Below are positions 21,906 to 32,020 of a DNA stretch of 64,000 nucleotides, piece by piece (the first letter of the stretch is position 1; every line of letters starts with the position of its first letter). The stretch is from the NCBI GenBank assembly GCA_000165345.1, contig CM000434.1:736001-800000 (forward strand). The letters run 5' to 3'. The notes beneath the pieces were generated by a model. It made no database searches. It was not told the DNA's origin and worked only from the letters and a program-made list of their open reading frames with translations. A program made the position numbers and the translations under genes.

Positions 21906-22583
21906 ATGTCAGATGTTAGTGAAAATACGCTCAAGATTATTAAAGCAGCAAATAGGTCTCTTCAGCTTCATCAAGATAGGCTAGGAAAGACAAAAATAGC
22001 AGAGAATAAGGAGAACTCTCAATTTAAGAGCCAAAATAAAATAGAACTTGGGGATGAAAAGTCTTCAAGATTAAAGACTAAGCGAGTAAATTCAAAAAAA
22101 GAGATAGAAATAGTAACAAAGAAGCAACATGACGAGGAATCAATAGAAAAAACTCAAGAAAAAGTCAGAGAACTTGAAGACCAGATCTCTAAAATACTGG
22201 AATATTCATCAGTACTTGAAGAAACTTTAAAAAAAAATATTGACCAAACAAACAAAATTAATAAGAACCATTGCTGTTGCAATCAGCAGACCCACAATAA
22301 GAAACTTGACAAATTAATGATTGCTGATATAGTAAAAGATGTTGTTTACTCACTAAATAGAAAGAAAATACAACCCCAAGTCAAACCCTACATTATTCAC
22401 ACTAAAACACAATCAAAAATTAATTCTAATCTATCAATTTACACATCAACCGTGGAATATCTTTCAAACTTCATCCTAGAACTATGTATTGATGATATTC
22501 TAACCTCTTTAGACACTTCCATACACAATTTTTCTGTCAAACTTGTAAAAGGAAAGTATTTTGAAACTGAGACCATCCCATAA
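21906..22583 (+). CDS. hypothetical K/E/Q-rich protein
   Basis: 225-aa ORF, ATG verified. No recognisable domain. An E2F-like composite lies upstream (21758-21772). Confidence 0.45.
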   Translation: MSDVSENTLKIIKAANRSLQLHQDRLGKTKIAENKENSQFKSQNKIELGDEKSSRLKTKRVNSKKEIEIVTKKQHDEESIEKTQEKVRELEDQISKILEYSSVLEETLKKNIDQTNKINKNHCCCNQQTHNKKLDKLMIADIVKDVVYSLNRKKIQPQVKPYIIHTKTQSKINSNLSIYTSTVEYLSNFILELCIDDILTSLDTSIHNFSVKLVKGKYFETETIP

Positions 22584-22755
22584 ATACTTGGCGCCATGTG
22601 GCGGGAACTCTGGGAAATTAAGAGTAATTGGATAAGCTTGAGTAAATAAATTAAAGCAAGATAGGAAAAAAATAATAAGGAATTCAAAATTTAAAGAATT
22701 GGCCATAAGAGAAAGATTTTTAGGAGTATTTCTTAAGTAAGAGTATAAAAAGAAG

Positions 22756-23075
22756 ATGTTAAGCAAGGTACTTAGTTCTATAGTTTTTTGTCTGGTTAGT
22801 TTGTTTTGTTTTGCAAACGTAAGTTTAATAATTACACAACAAAAGTTGTGAAAAGAATAGGAATAAAATTTAACTTTAACCTATTTTGTTTTGTTTTTTA
22901 GGCTCAATCTGTACCAAGAGATGCAACAAGTATACAAATTACACTCTGGTTGAGTGTTTCTCTGGTTGCAACTTTGATAGTCTTTTTATATTTTATGATT
23001 AAGACTGCTCCAAATACTGGAAGAGACCCCTTGTTGAATATGAGAATTAAATCTGAGGCAGATAAATCAAAGTAA
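22756..23075 (+). CDS. small (78 aa) secretory/TM protein, 2 exons; not in the ORF track
   Basis: Exon 1 is 22756..22818 (MLSKVLSSIVFCLVSLFCFAN), a signal-peptide-like hydrophobic stretch, followed by a GTAAGT donor at 22819. The intron has a poly-T tract with acceptor AG at 22900-22901. Exon 2 is 22902..23075 (AQSVPRDATSIQITLWLSVSLVATLIVFLYFMIKTAPNTGRDPLLNMRIKSEADKSK*), in phase 0. E2F-like boxes lie ~150 bp upstream (22587-22607). Confidence 0.55.
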
Positions 23076-23592
23076 GCCATCTATTAGATAGCTTAATTGA
23101 AATAGTTATTATTTGTGAGCAAGCAATAGCATCCATAGAATTTTAAGCTCCGCATTATATTCAGAATGTCTTTCTTTTATATCTATCTCTTTATATAATT
23201 ATGAAATATCTTCCATAATTGTCCCACATATTATTAATTTTGTATTACTACTTAAATCTACCATTCTTCCCTTTGCTTTTTTTTTCCCCTTTTTCATCCA
23301 TATTTTCTTCTATTATAGGTACCTTATTATGTTTTGGCGCCAAAATAATACATGATCCTGTGAGTAGGAAAAGTGGTTGAAAAGGAAAAATTGAAGAGAA
23401 TTTGTGATTAGGGAAATAAAGTAGCTTCTTATTTTTTTCTTGTAATAATTTTGAGGTTTGAATAATGAAATAGATTTCCCAGATCTTGGATTTTTTTTAT
23501 TATTACAGAAATAAACTTGCAAGTAATTTTGGAAATGAGATTTCAAGTTCTGGGTTGAATAAGTGATTGAAAAGACAAAAAAGAAAATTAAA

Positions 23593-26223
23593 ATGAGCTC
23601 TGAAAGAAAACACTGCATTCATGTAATAGCAGCCAAGAAGTTTCTACAAAGCTTCTTAAAGCTCCCTGAGGAAGCTCTAAGAGAGGACTTTGATATATGT
23701 TATAACAATCAATGCAATTCCCAAAATAAGTCTAAAATTGAATACTTTGGGATCCCAAGAAAAGAATGTCAAATACCACACGAATTTGTTGGTATTGGAC
23801 TTAATACTGGAGAAAATGTCCCTTTTGAAATGAAAAAAGTTACTAAAATGAAGAATCCAACAAATAGTAATCAGATTGATAAGTTATTGGGAGATATTGG
23901 TGAGCCTACATATAGAGAAATTGCAGTTCGTCAGGAAGACTCTAGAAAGGCAATTAGAGAGATTTTTACTTTGTCCCATGAGATAGAAAAGGATTTAAGA
24001 GATAATATTACTCATAGATCTCGATCAATAGCTTTTTGTCCAGAATCTGAGTTCAATAACGAAAATGAGTACAATCTAAATTCTGTTGAAGTATCTAATA
24101 ATAGTAATAGATCCAAAATACTCAATTGGTTTAGAGATCAAAAACCAATTTGGGATGAAGAAGACTATTTTGTAAAGAGTGAATTGTTTAGGTCAACCCC
24201 AGACTGGAAAAGACTTGAGACTTATAAAGACCTAATTAGTTGTGAATGGGGATCTGCAAAGGTTTTGATGATTATTCAATTCTGGCAGACTTCTTTAACA
24301 TTTACAGACAGGCTAGTTAATAATAGAGATTCTTCTATTATAGAGTATGTTGGAGGAAATGAAGAGAGTTGTTTACCTTTGAGAATACTAATCAAGTTTG
24401 AAAGAAAAACATTAAAAGATAAAGATAGAGAGAAACCAATTAATGAAACAAAGACTTTACATTTTGAAGAAAAGTTGGAGATGAGACAAATGAAAGATAC
24501 TCAAATTAGTCATGAGACAAGTAAAATAAGAAGAAAGGATCCAAATGAATATAGCTCAAGCTTAGAATCATTATCAGAGGATGAGATCTTAACTAATAAA
24601 GATCATGAGACACAAACCAATCAAATTAATATAAAGTATTTGGAGATGGTCAAGTACATTCAAGGAAAAGACAAATCCAAGGAATTTAAGTTTCTCGAAA
24701 ATAGATTCAAAGATTCAGATAAATCACATTGCTATTTATATATTGAAAATAAAAAAGATTTCTTCCTTAAGCTTCAAACTAAATATGATAAGGAAATTAT
24801 CCATATGATTAAAACATGTATTAAAGGTAGAAAGTATGATAATGAAAATAAGCTTTGGTTGCTTCCAATTGATACAATTTATGAATCAGTTCGTATAGTT
24901 GAATTTCTTGGAGGAACTATTGACAAGAATGTTTTGGCTCTATTAGTAAACGGAAACAAAACAGATTTGGATCATGAACTAATGTTTTCTACAGATGAAC
25001 TGGATAACTGGAAAAATCTGTTACCAAAATCTTCTCAAGGAACATGGTATAGGTTAAGTATTAAATTTCATTTGAACATTTTAAATGAAATATATAGAGG
25101 AAATACTGAAAGGTTCAAAGATCATACATTTAAGCTCACATTTTTTAAAGAGGGAATTGATGAACATTACCATAGTGAGTTAATTAAGACTCTTAGAAAT
25201 AACAAGATTTCAATGAAGTGGGACACAAATGAAAAGAGTTGGAAAATACCGATAGATCAATTCACAAAAGTAATTAGTACATGTAGAGGAAGTCTAGAGT
25301 TTTACTTTTCTAGCATGTTTGACCATATAGTATTTAAACAAGCACAAGAAATGATTAAGAATCCAAACTTTCAAAATAAGAGAAAAGAATATGGATTAAA
25401 TAATTCAATTAAGAAGAAGAGACTGACAGCATCAGAATCAGATGAAGAAGAAACAATAAGAAGTAGCCAAAGGATTAGATATGATGAAGATGATGATGAA
25501 GAAAACATTGATTTAGGAAGAAACGAACAAGCTTTAATTCTAAGCTGTCTTGGGAAAGATGACCATGATAATAGAAGACTTGAGGTAAAAATATCAAATA
25601 TGATTAGAAATATGAAGACTCCTAAACATATTGATAAGATTGAATTTGTGCTTTGGCCTAGGCATTACAAAGACTGGGAATCTATTTCATTTCTAGTATT
25701 ATCAAAAGATTTCATAATGAACGTTTACCATCCAAAACTACTTTTATCTATTGTAAGCAATGTAATGATTGTCTCAGAAGGAATGATTGATTATTTAACA
25801 AAGAAGAATACTTGGCCTGATAATTCATTTGAAACCAAATTCGAACTTGTCAAAGGACTTCCTTCTTTAGAATCTAGACTCTACATTAGCGAAGGGATAT
25901 TTTGTAAAACAAAACTATTTATTGTTGGACCACCAGGAAATAATCATTTCAAATTATGTACTCGTTTAGCTACCTTAGGAAATGCTTCGTTTGTACAAGA
26001 TCCATTATTAGCGGACTATATAATAATTTGTGATGAATCAGACCCAAATGCTTTGAAAATTAAGAAATCAGTACCTAAAAAGCAAGCAAGTAAAGTACAA
26101 AACACACATGGAGAGACTCATTCAATTCAGGTGACTCCAAAATGGGTATATGATGTAGTTTTAGATTTTACCATTATTAAGCCAACTTCCAAACGAAATC
26201 ATAAAGCCTGGATGATTGAGTAA
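23593..26223 (+). CDS. hypothetical 876-aa protein; possible C-terminal BRCT-like fold
   Basis: The ORF track starts at a GTG (23563); the first ATG is 23593 (MSSERKH…). No strong family match. The C-terminal segment 'KLFIVGPPGNNHFKLCTRLATLGNASFVQDPLLADYIIICDE' loosely resembles a BRCT repeat. Acidic/Ser patches elsewhere. Confidence 0.4.
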   Translation: MSSERKHCIHVIAAKKFLQSFLKLPEEALREDFDICYNNQCNSQNKSKIEYFGIPRKECQIPHEFVGIGLNTGENVPFEMKKVTKMKNPTNSNQIDKLLGDIGEPTYREIAVRQEDSRKAIREIFTLSHEIEKDLRDNITHRSRSIAFCPESEFNNENEYNLNSVEVSNNSNRSKILNWFRDQKPIWDEEDYFVKSELFRSTPDWKRLETYKDLISCEWGSAKVLMIIQFWQTSLTFTDRLVNNRDSSIIEYVGGNEESCLPLRILIKFERKTLKDKDREKPINETKTLHFEEKLEMRQMKDTQISHETSKIRRKDPNEYSSSLESLSEDEILTNKDHETQTNQINIKYLEMVKYIQGKDKSKEFKFLENRFKDSDKSHCYLYIENKKDFFLKLQTKYDKEIIHMIKTCIKGRKYDNENKLWLLPIDTIYESVRIVEFLGGTIDKNVLALLVNGNKTDLDHELMFSTDELDNWKNLLPKSSQGTWYRLSIKFHLNILNEIYRGNTERFKDHTFKLTFFKEGIDEHYHSELIKTLRNNKISMKWDTNEKSWKIPIDQFTKVISTCRGSLEFYFSSMFDHIVFKQAQEMIKNPNFQNKRKEYGLNNSIKKKRLTASESDEEETIRSSQRIRYDEDDDEENIDLGRNEQALILSCLGKDDHDNRRLEVKISNMIRNMKTPKHIDKIEFVLWPRHYKDWESISFLVLSKDFIMNVYHPKLLLSIVSNVMIVSEGMIDYLTKKNTWPDNSFETKFELVKGLPSLESRLYISEGIFCKTKLFIVGPPGNNHFKLCTRLATLGNASFVQDPLLADYIIICDESDPNALKIKKSVPKKQASKVQNTHGETHSIQVTPKWVYDVVLDFTIIKPTSKRNHKAWMIE

Positions 26224-26588
26224 ATGGTGAATATATTAGGTGCAGATGATTAACTTTTTTCCATTTAGTTTATACTTTTGTCCAAAATAAAGCTGATAAA
26301 TTTGACAATTTTTCTTTAACTCAAAAATTTGTTATAAGCATGACTCCTTTTCTAAGATTAGATGACATGTGGCGGGTAAAATTTGGCGCTCTGGGTTGGG
26401 TTATGGGGGTTAAAATGTTTATGTGAGGCTAATAAGTACAAGTAGGGAAATAATAAGAGGAAATTGAAATTTTGTGAATCCTGGGGGGGGGGAAAAAAAT
26501 TAAAGTTAAATAGGTTAAGGAGAGAATTTCTTGACAATATAGAGGAATCAAGGAGTTAGTTTGTAAGCTGGTGGTAGGTGAAAAGAAA

Positions 26589-27536
26589 ATGTCAGGGTTT
26601 CAATCAAATATACGTAGTATGTTGGGTAATTTGCATGGATTTGGAGGTTTAATGGCACAAGATCCAGATGCTCCGATACCAGATACATCAGAACAAGTAT
26701 ATATATCATCATTGGCTTTATTAAAGATGTTGAAACATGGAAGAGCAGGTGTTCCAATGGAGGTAATGGGACTTTTGTTGGGAGAATTCATTGATGATTA
26801 TTCAGTACGTGTAGTTGATGTATTTTCAATGCCTCAATCAGGAAATAGTGTCAGTGTAGAAGCAGTAGATCCAGTTTATCAGACGGATATGTTAGAAATG
26901 TTAAAAAGAGTTGGAAGATCAGAATTAGTTGTAGGATGGTATCACTCACATCCAGGTTTTGGTTGCTGGTTTTCAGGCACAGATGTAAGTACTCAGCAAA
27001 GTTTTGAGCAGTTAAACCCCAGAGCAGTGGGTATTGTTGTTGATCCTATTCAATCTGTGAAGGGGAAAGTTGTGATTGATTGTTTTAGATTAATTAGTCC
27101 TCACTCAGTAATTGCAGGTCAGGAGCCTAGACAGACAACTTCAAATATAGGGCATCTCCAAAAACCTTCAATAACAGCTCTAGTTCATGGACTTAATAGA
27201 AATTACTACTCTATTGCTATCAGATACAGAAAGAACCTTCTGGAACAGAAAATGCTTTTGAACCTCCACAAGCCTACATGGAGTGAGCCATTAAGATGTG
27301 ACAAAGAGGAGAATTTTAACGAAAGGAACAATTCAATGATCAAGAGGATTTGTGAAACTAGCAAGCAATATCACGAATCTACCAAGCTTGGGTTATCAAA
27401 AACTTCGGAAGAATTCGAATTAGAAAATGTTGGTAAGATTGATGCCAAGAAAAGGTTGAATGCTGATGTTGAAACAGTTTTAACTGATAATATTCTCCAG
27501 ATTCTTAAATCAAACATCGCTTCTTCCGTATTTTAG
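26589..27536 (+). CDS. RPN11: 26S proteasome lid deubiquitinase Rpn11/PSMD14 (JAMM/MPN+)
   Basis: Near-identical to Rpn11 across the MPN domain ([33 protein letters not shown]…[27 protein letters not shown]…[20 protein letters not shown]). The track start 26571 is GTG; the ATG at 26589 gives 315 aa. Confidence 0.9.
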   Translation: MSGFQSNIRSMLGNLHGFGGLMAQDPDAPIPDTSEQVYISSLALLKMLKHGRAGVPMEVMGLLLGEFIDDYSVRVVDVFSMPQSGNSVSVEAVDPVYQTDMLEMLKRVGRSELVVGWYHSHPGFGCWFSGTDVSTQQSFEQLNPRAVGIVVDPIQSVKGKVVIDCFRLISPHSVIAGQEPRQTTSNIGHLQKPSITALVHGLNRNYYSIAIRYRKNLLEQKMLLNLHKPTWSEPLRCDKEENFNERNNSMIKRICETSKQYHESTKLGLSKTSEEFELENVGKIDAKKRLNADVETVLTDNILQILKSNIASSVF

Positions 27537-27657
27537 TCATATATTCAATCATAAAACAACACATTTTATTGCATTATTAGCACTTTTTATACACTACATT
27601 AATTTCTCTACTCTTATTATTATTATTTTTTTGCTGTTCTTGTTTTAAATAGTTTAT

Positions 27658-27704
27658 CCACATTGCAGTTATTTTTTTAATTGCATGCATGCAATTCAAT
27701 GTGG
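27658..27704. repeat. Perfect 18-nt palindrome AATTGCATGCATGCAATT (27679-27696) flanked by inverted CCACATTGCA / TGCAAT..CAATGTGG
   Basis: Read directly from the sequence. Centred on a GCATGC doublet. It sits in the RPN11–GBE intergenic region, with TATATACCGGTAATGCAAAATTTGCAAG following at 27720-27748. Confidence 0.6.
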
Positions 27705-28531
27705 ACAATACAAATGTTGTATATACCGGTAATGCAAAATTTGCAAGTAAATTACGTGTGAAGCAGATGGATAGTGAAAATGGAAGCAACTATTAATTAA
27801 TTATTTAAAATAATGTAATAATTTTTTTTGGGAGAAAGAATTTTTTTTGAGTTGAGAAAATAGTGAAATAAAAGTACCAAAATTAAGGTTAAATAAAATT
27901 AGCAATGATAATATTGTCATAAATATTACGAAAAGTAATATTATAAGTGAAATTTGGAGTGGGAATATTTTAATGGGGAAAAAATCCAATAAATTGAACA
28001 GAAATTTTCAAGGCTCGTAAAAAAGTGTTAACATTTTTTCGATAGTGAGCCCCCCACAGAAATCAATAAATAGGGGGAAAATAAAGAGTGTCTATTAGGC
28101 TTAAAAGATTTATATATTTTTCTCACTGTTAAAATAAAAGTACAAATATAAAAGGAAAGTTGAAAGAATTGAAGAGTTTTTTAACTACCAACTGTTTGTA
28201 TTCTTGTTTAACACGGCCTTAGAGGTGGCAAAGAGGCAGAGAAAATAAGATAGTATTCACACGGGAGAATTTTGTGAAGTGATTCAAGAAAAATAAAGGG
28301 TATAAGGCTTTAAGATATTAATTTTTAGTTAATTGGTTTATATATTATATAATTTATGGAAACATAGTATAATTTGAATACAGGGACTTCAAATACAATC
28401 TAGAGAAGATTTAAAGTGTTTATACAAAACATAATCTTTTTTTTTTGAATATAAAATAGAGATTTATGATCCATTTTTCTTTGAAATACAGATTTTAAAC
28501 GTGATTCCATTGCATGAAAGGCCCGTGAGAA

Positions 28532-31500
28532 ATGTCAACAAGAGGAGTTTTGCAAAAGTATAACATGAAGTCATTGAAAGAACAAAAGATTGACACAACA
28601 TTATCGGGGAAACAAAAGACTGAATGTAAAGTAAAAAGCAGCAGCAAATTTACAGGCGAAGTATTGATAACAAGTAAGAATATATCTAGCCCAACACAGA
28701 GTCTGGAAAAGAGTGATTCACTACCTGTTTCATCAAGTGATAATTCTAGGATTGAAAGTAGTGTTCCAACTGCAGCAAATAGTCCAACTTCATATTCAAG
28801 TTCAATGGCTTCAATTCCAGATGAGCGAGGCGATATTTACGAAGCCTTGGATAGAGTTCCAGATGATGGAAAAATTCTGGACCATGATTTACATCTTTTA
28901 AATAAGGCTTTACATCCTGAACCATTTGGTGTTCTTGGGTATCAAAAGTTTGGTGATGATGGCCAATACGAATATTATGTCGTTAGAGCATGGGTCAGGA
29001 ATGCTAGAAGAATTCAAATAAAAGCAATTGACTATTCATTTTCTTCTATTGGTACTAACAATACGCCTGTTGAAATGGAACAAAGATATATTGATGGTAA
29101 TCCAAGTTGGATGTTTGAGAAAGCTTTTAAAACACTTAAGGAAAAGATACCTACTTGTAGAACCCACTTTTGTGGATATGACGAGAATTTGGAGAATTCT
29201 AATATTGAAAATAAGAGAATTGGAAACCAAAGCAATAAGGATGATTATTCAACCGATAAGTTTTCAGATGTTGGGTCTGAAGCTAATAATAAAGTAAACA
29301 AAAATACGATTGTTTCTAAGAAAAAAGAAATTACTGCCGATTGTAACTCGATTGTGGAAAAAACATATTCTAATGTTATTGTAAATACTCTGAATAAATC
29401 GAAAACCAATTTGGTTCCGAACAAGGAATCGCATAAAGGAAATGAAATGCCTAAGCTTGAATTGAACCAATCAAATTTGATGTCTTCAAATATTCCGAGA
29501 AATAAAAATATTAGAAGTGAAGCATGCAGTTCAGATGAAGCTTGTAATTGTTATGTGCATGACAACATTAACTCTCAAGAGTGTGTGAGAAAATTATATT
29601 ACGAATTGCTTGTTGAATACAATGGAGATGATTCTGGTAAAGTCTATGCTATTAGAGATACCTATTCGTTTGGATTACTACTATCAAATGGTGATATGGA
29701 GCTTTTCCAATCTGGTAGTTGTTGGCATGTCGACAATATTCTAGGTTCCCATATTATTGAATACAATGGAGTAAAAGGGGTAAGGTTCTCAGTTTGGGCC
29801 CCCCATGCCAAATATGTTCGTGTTGTTGGAGACTGGAATTCTTGGGATGGAAGAGTAAATCCCATGCGATTTCGTCATGGCGTTGGAATCTGGGAGTTGT
29901 TTATTCCGCATCTAGGCCCAGGTGAGAAGTATGGATATGAAATACACTCTCAGTCAAACGATGTGTTTGTTAAAATTGATCCATATTCACAAGAATATGA
30001 GGTTCCTCCACGATATGCTTCCATTATTAGTGCTTGTGATGATTCATACAAAGATGAGACTGACCGTTTTCGTTGGGAGGATCAAGAATGGATAAAGAGA
30101 AGAGAGCAATTGGGTTCCAAAGGTGAGATGAGAAGGCAACCTATGTCAATTTACGAGGTTCATCTTCCAAGTTGGATGAGGAGAGAAAATGGAGACTACT
30201 TGGGATATAGAGAGATTGCCGAGAGACTTGTTGAACACGTTAAAAACCTTAACTTTACTCACGTTGAGTTCCTCCCTCTTGCTCAACATCCATTTGAAGG
30301 AAGCTGGGGATATCAAGTAACTGGACAATATGCTCCATATAGTCGTTTAGGTACTCCTGATGATTTTAAATACTTGGTTAACGAGCTTCACAAGGCCAAG
30401 ATTGGAGTCTTTATTGACTTTGTTCCTGCTCATTTTTGCAAGGACGCTTGGGGATTGGTATATTATGATGGAACTCCGACTTACGAATATGGTGATCCAA
30501 GAGAAGGTGAACACAAGCAGTGGGGAACTGCTGTATTCAACTTTAGAAGAAATGAAGTTCGTTCATTCTTGCTTGGAGCTGCTTACCATTGGTTGCGTCG
30601 TTACCATATTGATGGGCTAAGAATTGATGCTGTTAGCTCAATGTTATACAGAAATTACTTAAGACCGAATGGTGAGTGGATCCCCAATGAGTTTGGAGGA
30701 GATGCAAATCTTGAAGCTGTTAGCCTTCTACAAGAGCTTAACTGGGTTATTCATAAGGAATTCCCTGGTGTTTTCACTATGGCTGAGGAAAGTACTGCTT
30801 GGCAGGGAGTTACACACAAGGATGGAGGACTTGGGTTTGATGCTAAATGGGACTTGGGATGGATGAATGATACTCTAAGTTATTTGTACACCCCCCCTGA
30901 TAATAAAAGCAGTAAGCATAATAAGCTTACATTTAGAGGGCTTTACATGTCTCATGAACATTGGGTTTTGCCATTAAGCCACGATGAAGTTGTTAATGGA
31001 AAGGGAAGTTTACTTGATAAGTGTGGATTCACTGGAGCGCCTTATATGGATAGAATTAGGACATTAAAAACGCTATTTGGATATCAGGTTGGAATGCCTG
31101 GCCGTCCTTTGCTTTTCCAAGGGGCTGAAATTGCTCAAGGTAGAGAGTGGAAGGAGAATAGATCTGTTGATTGGCATGAAGGAGAGGAGGACGTGAGAAA
31201 AAAAGTCTGTATTTTCCTAAGCGATTTATTAGCTGTTTACAAGAATAACGTCAGTCTCCATGCTGGAGATGATGAATCTTGGAACTTCCAATGGGTAGAT
31301 TGTGAAAACTCTCAAGATTGTATTATTGCTTTCCTTAGAAAGTACAAAGAATGGTATAACGACGTAGTGGTCGTTTGTAACTTTAGCTCAAGGCGATACA
31401 ATCATTATCCAATTGGAGTTCCTCATGGAAAGGAGTGGCTTGTAATGCTTAATTCGGATGATTGGAAGTATGGAGGAGCAATGTTTGGTCCTGGAAACAA

Positions 31501-31624
31501 CTCCACTGTTCATGCTTCTCACGGAGGGAGAGTTGGCTGGGATTATTGTCTCTGGATTGACATACCCGAGTTCTCTTGTATGTATTTAAAGCCTTTATTT
31601 AATCCTAATGAAAATGATTCATAA
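28532..31624 (+). CDS. 1,4-alpha-glucan branching enzyme (GH13, CBM48 + catalytic) with a ~380-aa Ser/Asn-rich N-terminal extension
   Basis: The C-terminal ~650 aa align to eukaryotic GBE (…VRFSVWAPHAKYVRVVGDWNSWDG…GIWELFIP…, …HYRIDGLRIDAVSSMLY…, …FTMAEESTAWQGVT…). The first ~380 aa are low-complexity with no homolog. Confidence 0.85.
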   Translation: MSTRGVLQKYNMKSLKEQKIDTTLSGKQKTECKVKSSSKFTGEVLITSKNISSPTQSLEKSDSLPVSSSDNSRIESSVPTAANSPTSYSSSMASIPDERGDIYEALDRVPDDGKILDHDLHLLNKALHPEPFGVLGYQKFGDDGQYEYYVVRAWVRNARRIQIKAIDYSFSSIGTNNTPVEMEQRYIDGNPSWMFEKAFKTLKEKIPTCRTHFCGYDENLENSNIENKRIGNQSNKDDYSTDKFSDVGSEANNKVNKNTIVSKKKEITADCNSIVEKTYSNVIVNTLNKSKTNLVPNKESHKGNEMPKLELNQSNLMSSNIPRNKNIRSEACSSDEACNCYVHDNINSQECVRKLYYELLVEYNGDDSGKVYAIRDTYSFGLLLSNGDMELFQSGSCWHVDNILGSHIIEYNGVKGVRFSVWAPHAKYVRVVGDWNSWDGRVNPMRFRHGVGIWELFIPHLGPGEKYGYEIHSQSNDVFVKIDPYSQEYEVPPRYASIISACDDSYKDETDRFRWEDQEWIKRREQLGSKGEMRRQPMSIYEVHLPSWMRRENGDYLGYREIAERLVEHVKNLNFTHVEFLPLAQHPFEGSWGYQVTGQYAPYSRLGTPDDFKYLVNELHKAKIGVFIDFVPAHFCKDAWGLVYYDGTPTYEYGDPREGEHKQWGTAVFNFRRNEVRSFLLGAAYHWLRRYHIDGLRIDAVSSMLYRNYLRPNGEWIPNEFGGDANLEAVSLLQELNWVIHKEFPGVFTMAEESTAWQGVTHKDGGLGFDAKWDLGWMNDTLSYLYTPPDNKSSKHNKLTFRGLYMSHEHWVLPLSHDEVVNGKGSLLDKCGFTGAPYMDRIRTLKTLFGYQVGMPGRPLLFQGAEIAQGREWKENRSVDWHEGEEDVRKKVCIFLSDLLAVYKNNVSLHAGDDESWNFQWVDCENSQDCIIAFLRKYKEWYNDVVVVCNFSSRRYNHYPIGVPHGKEWLVMLNSDDWKYGGAMFGPGNNSTVHASHGGRVGWDYCLWIDIPEFSCMYLKPLFNPNENDS

Positions 31625-31635
31625 AAGAGAACGTT

Positions 31636-31656
31636 CAAAGAGAGAGAGAGAGAGAA
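31636..31656. repeat. (GA)n microsatellite immediately 3' of the branching-enzyme stop codon
   Basis: 'agagagagagagagagaag'. Confidence 0.6.
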
Positions 31657-32020
31657 GAAAAAAAGTAAGCAAAGAGTACTCTTTAACTCCCAGATAAATT
31701 TCATATTTTTGGATATCATATTAGAATTTAAATAATAAACTATTTGGAAATCCTTCTTTCATTTCCACATATTTCTCCCACCACCACCTTAAAAAGAATA
31801 GATAAGACTCGAATTCAAGATATACTCAGTTTCAAGATCTACGCAATTTAAAAATACTACACTTGATCATATATAAAATATTACTTAAATTCCTGAAGAA
31901 CCTAATAAAGAAATTCTACTCTGACATTATATATATCCATATATTAAGTTCAACTGGTGAAATATAATCTTAAAAATAAATCCAGGGAAAATCACCAGGG
32001 ACTATAGTACTACTCTGCCA

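Noticed and set aside
27577-27789. 70-aa minus-strand ORF overlapping the 18-nt palindrome
   Set aside because: It overlaps a regulatory inverted repeat, has a low-complexity product and no start context.
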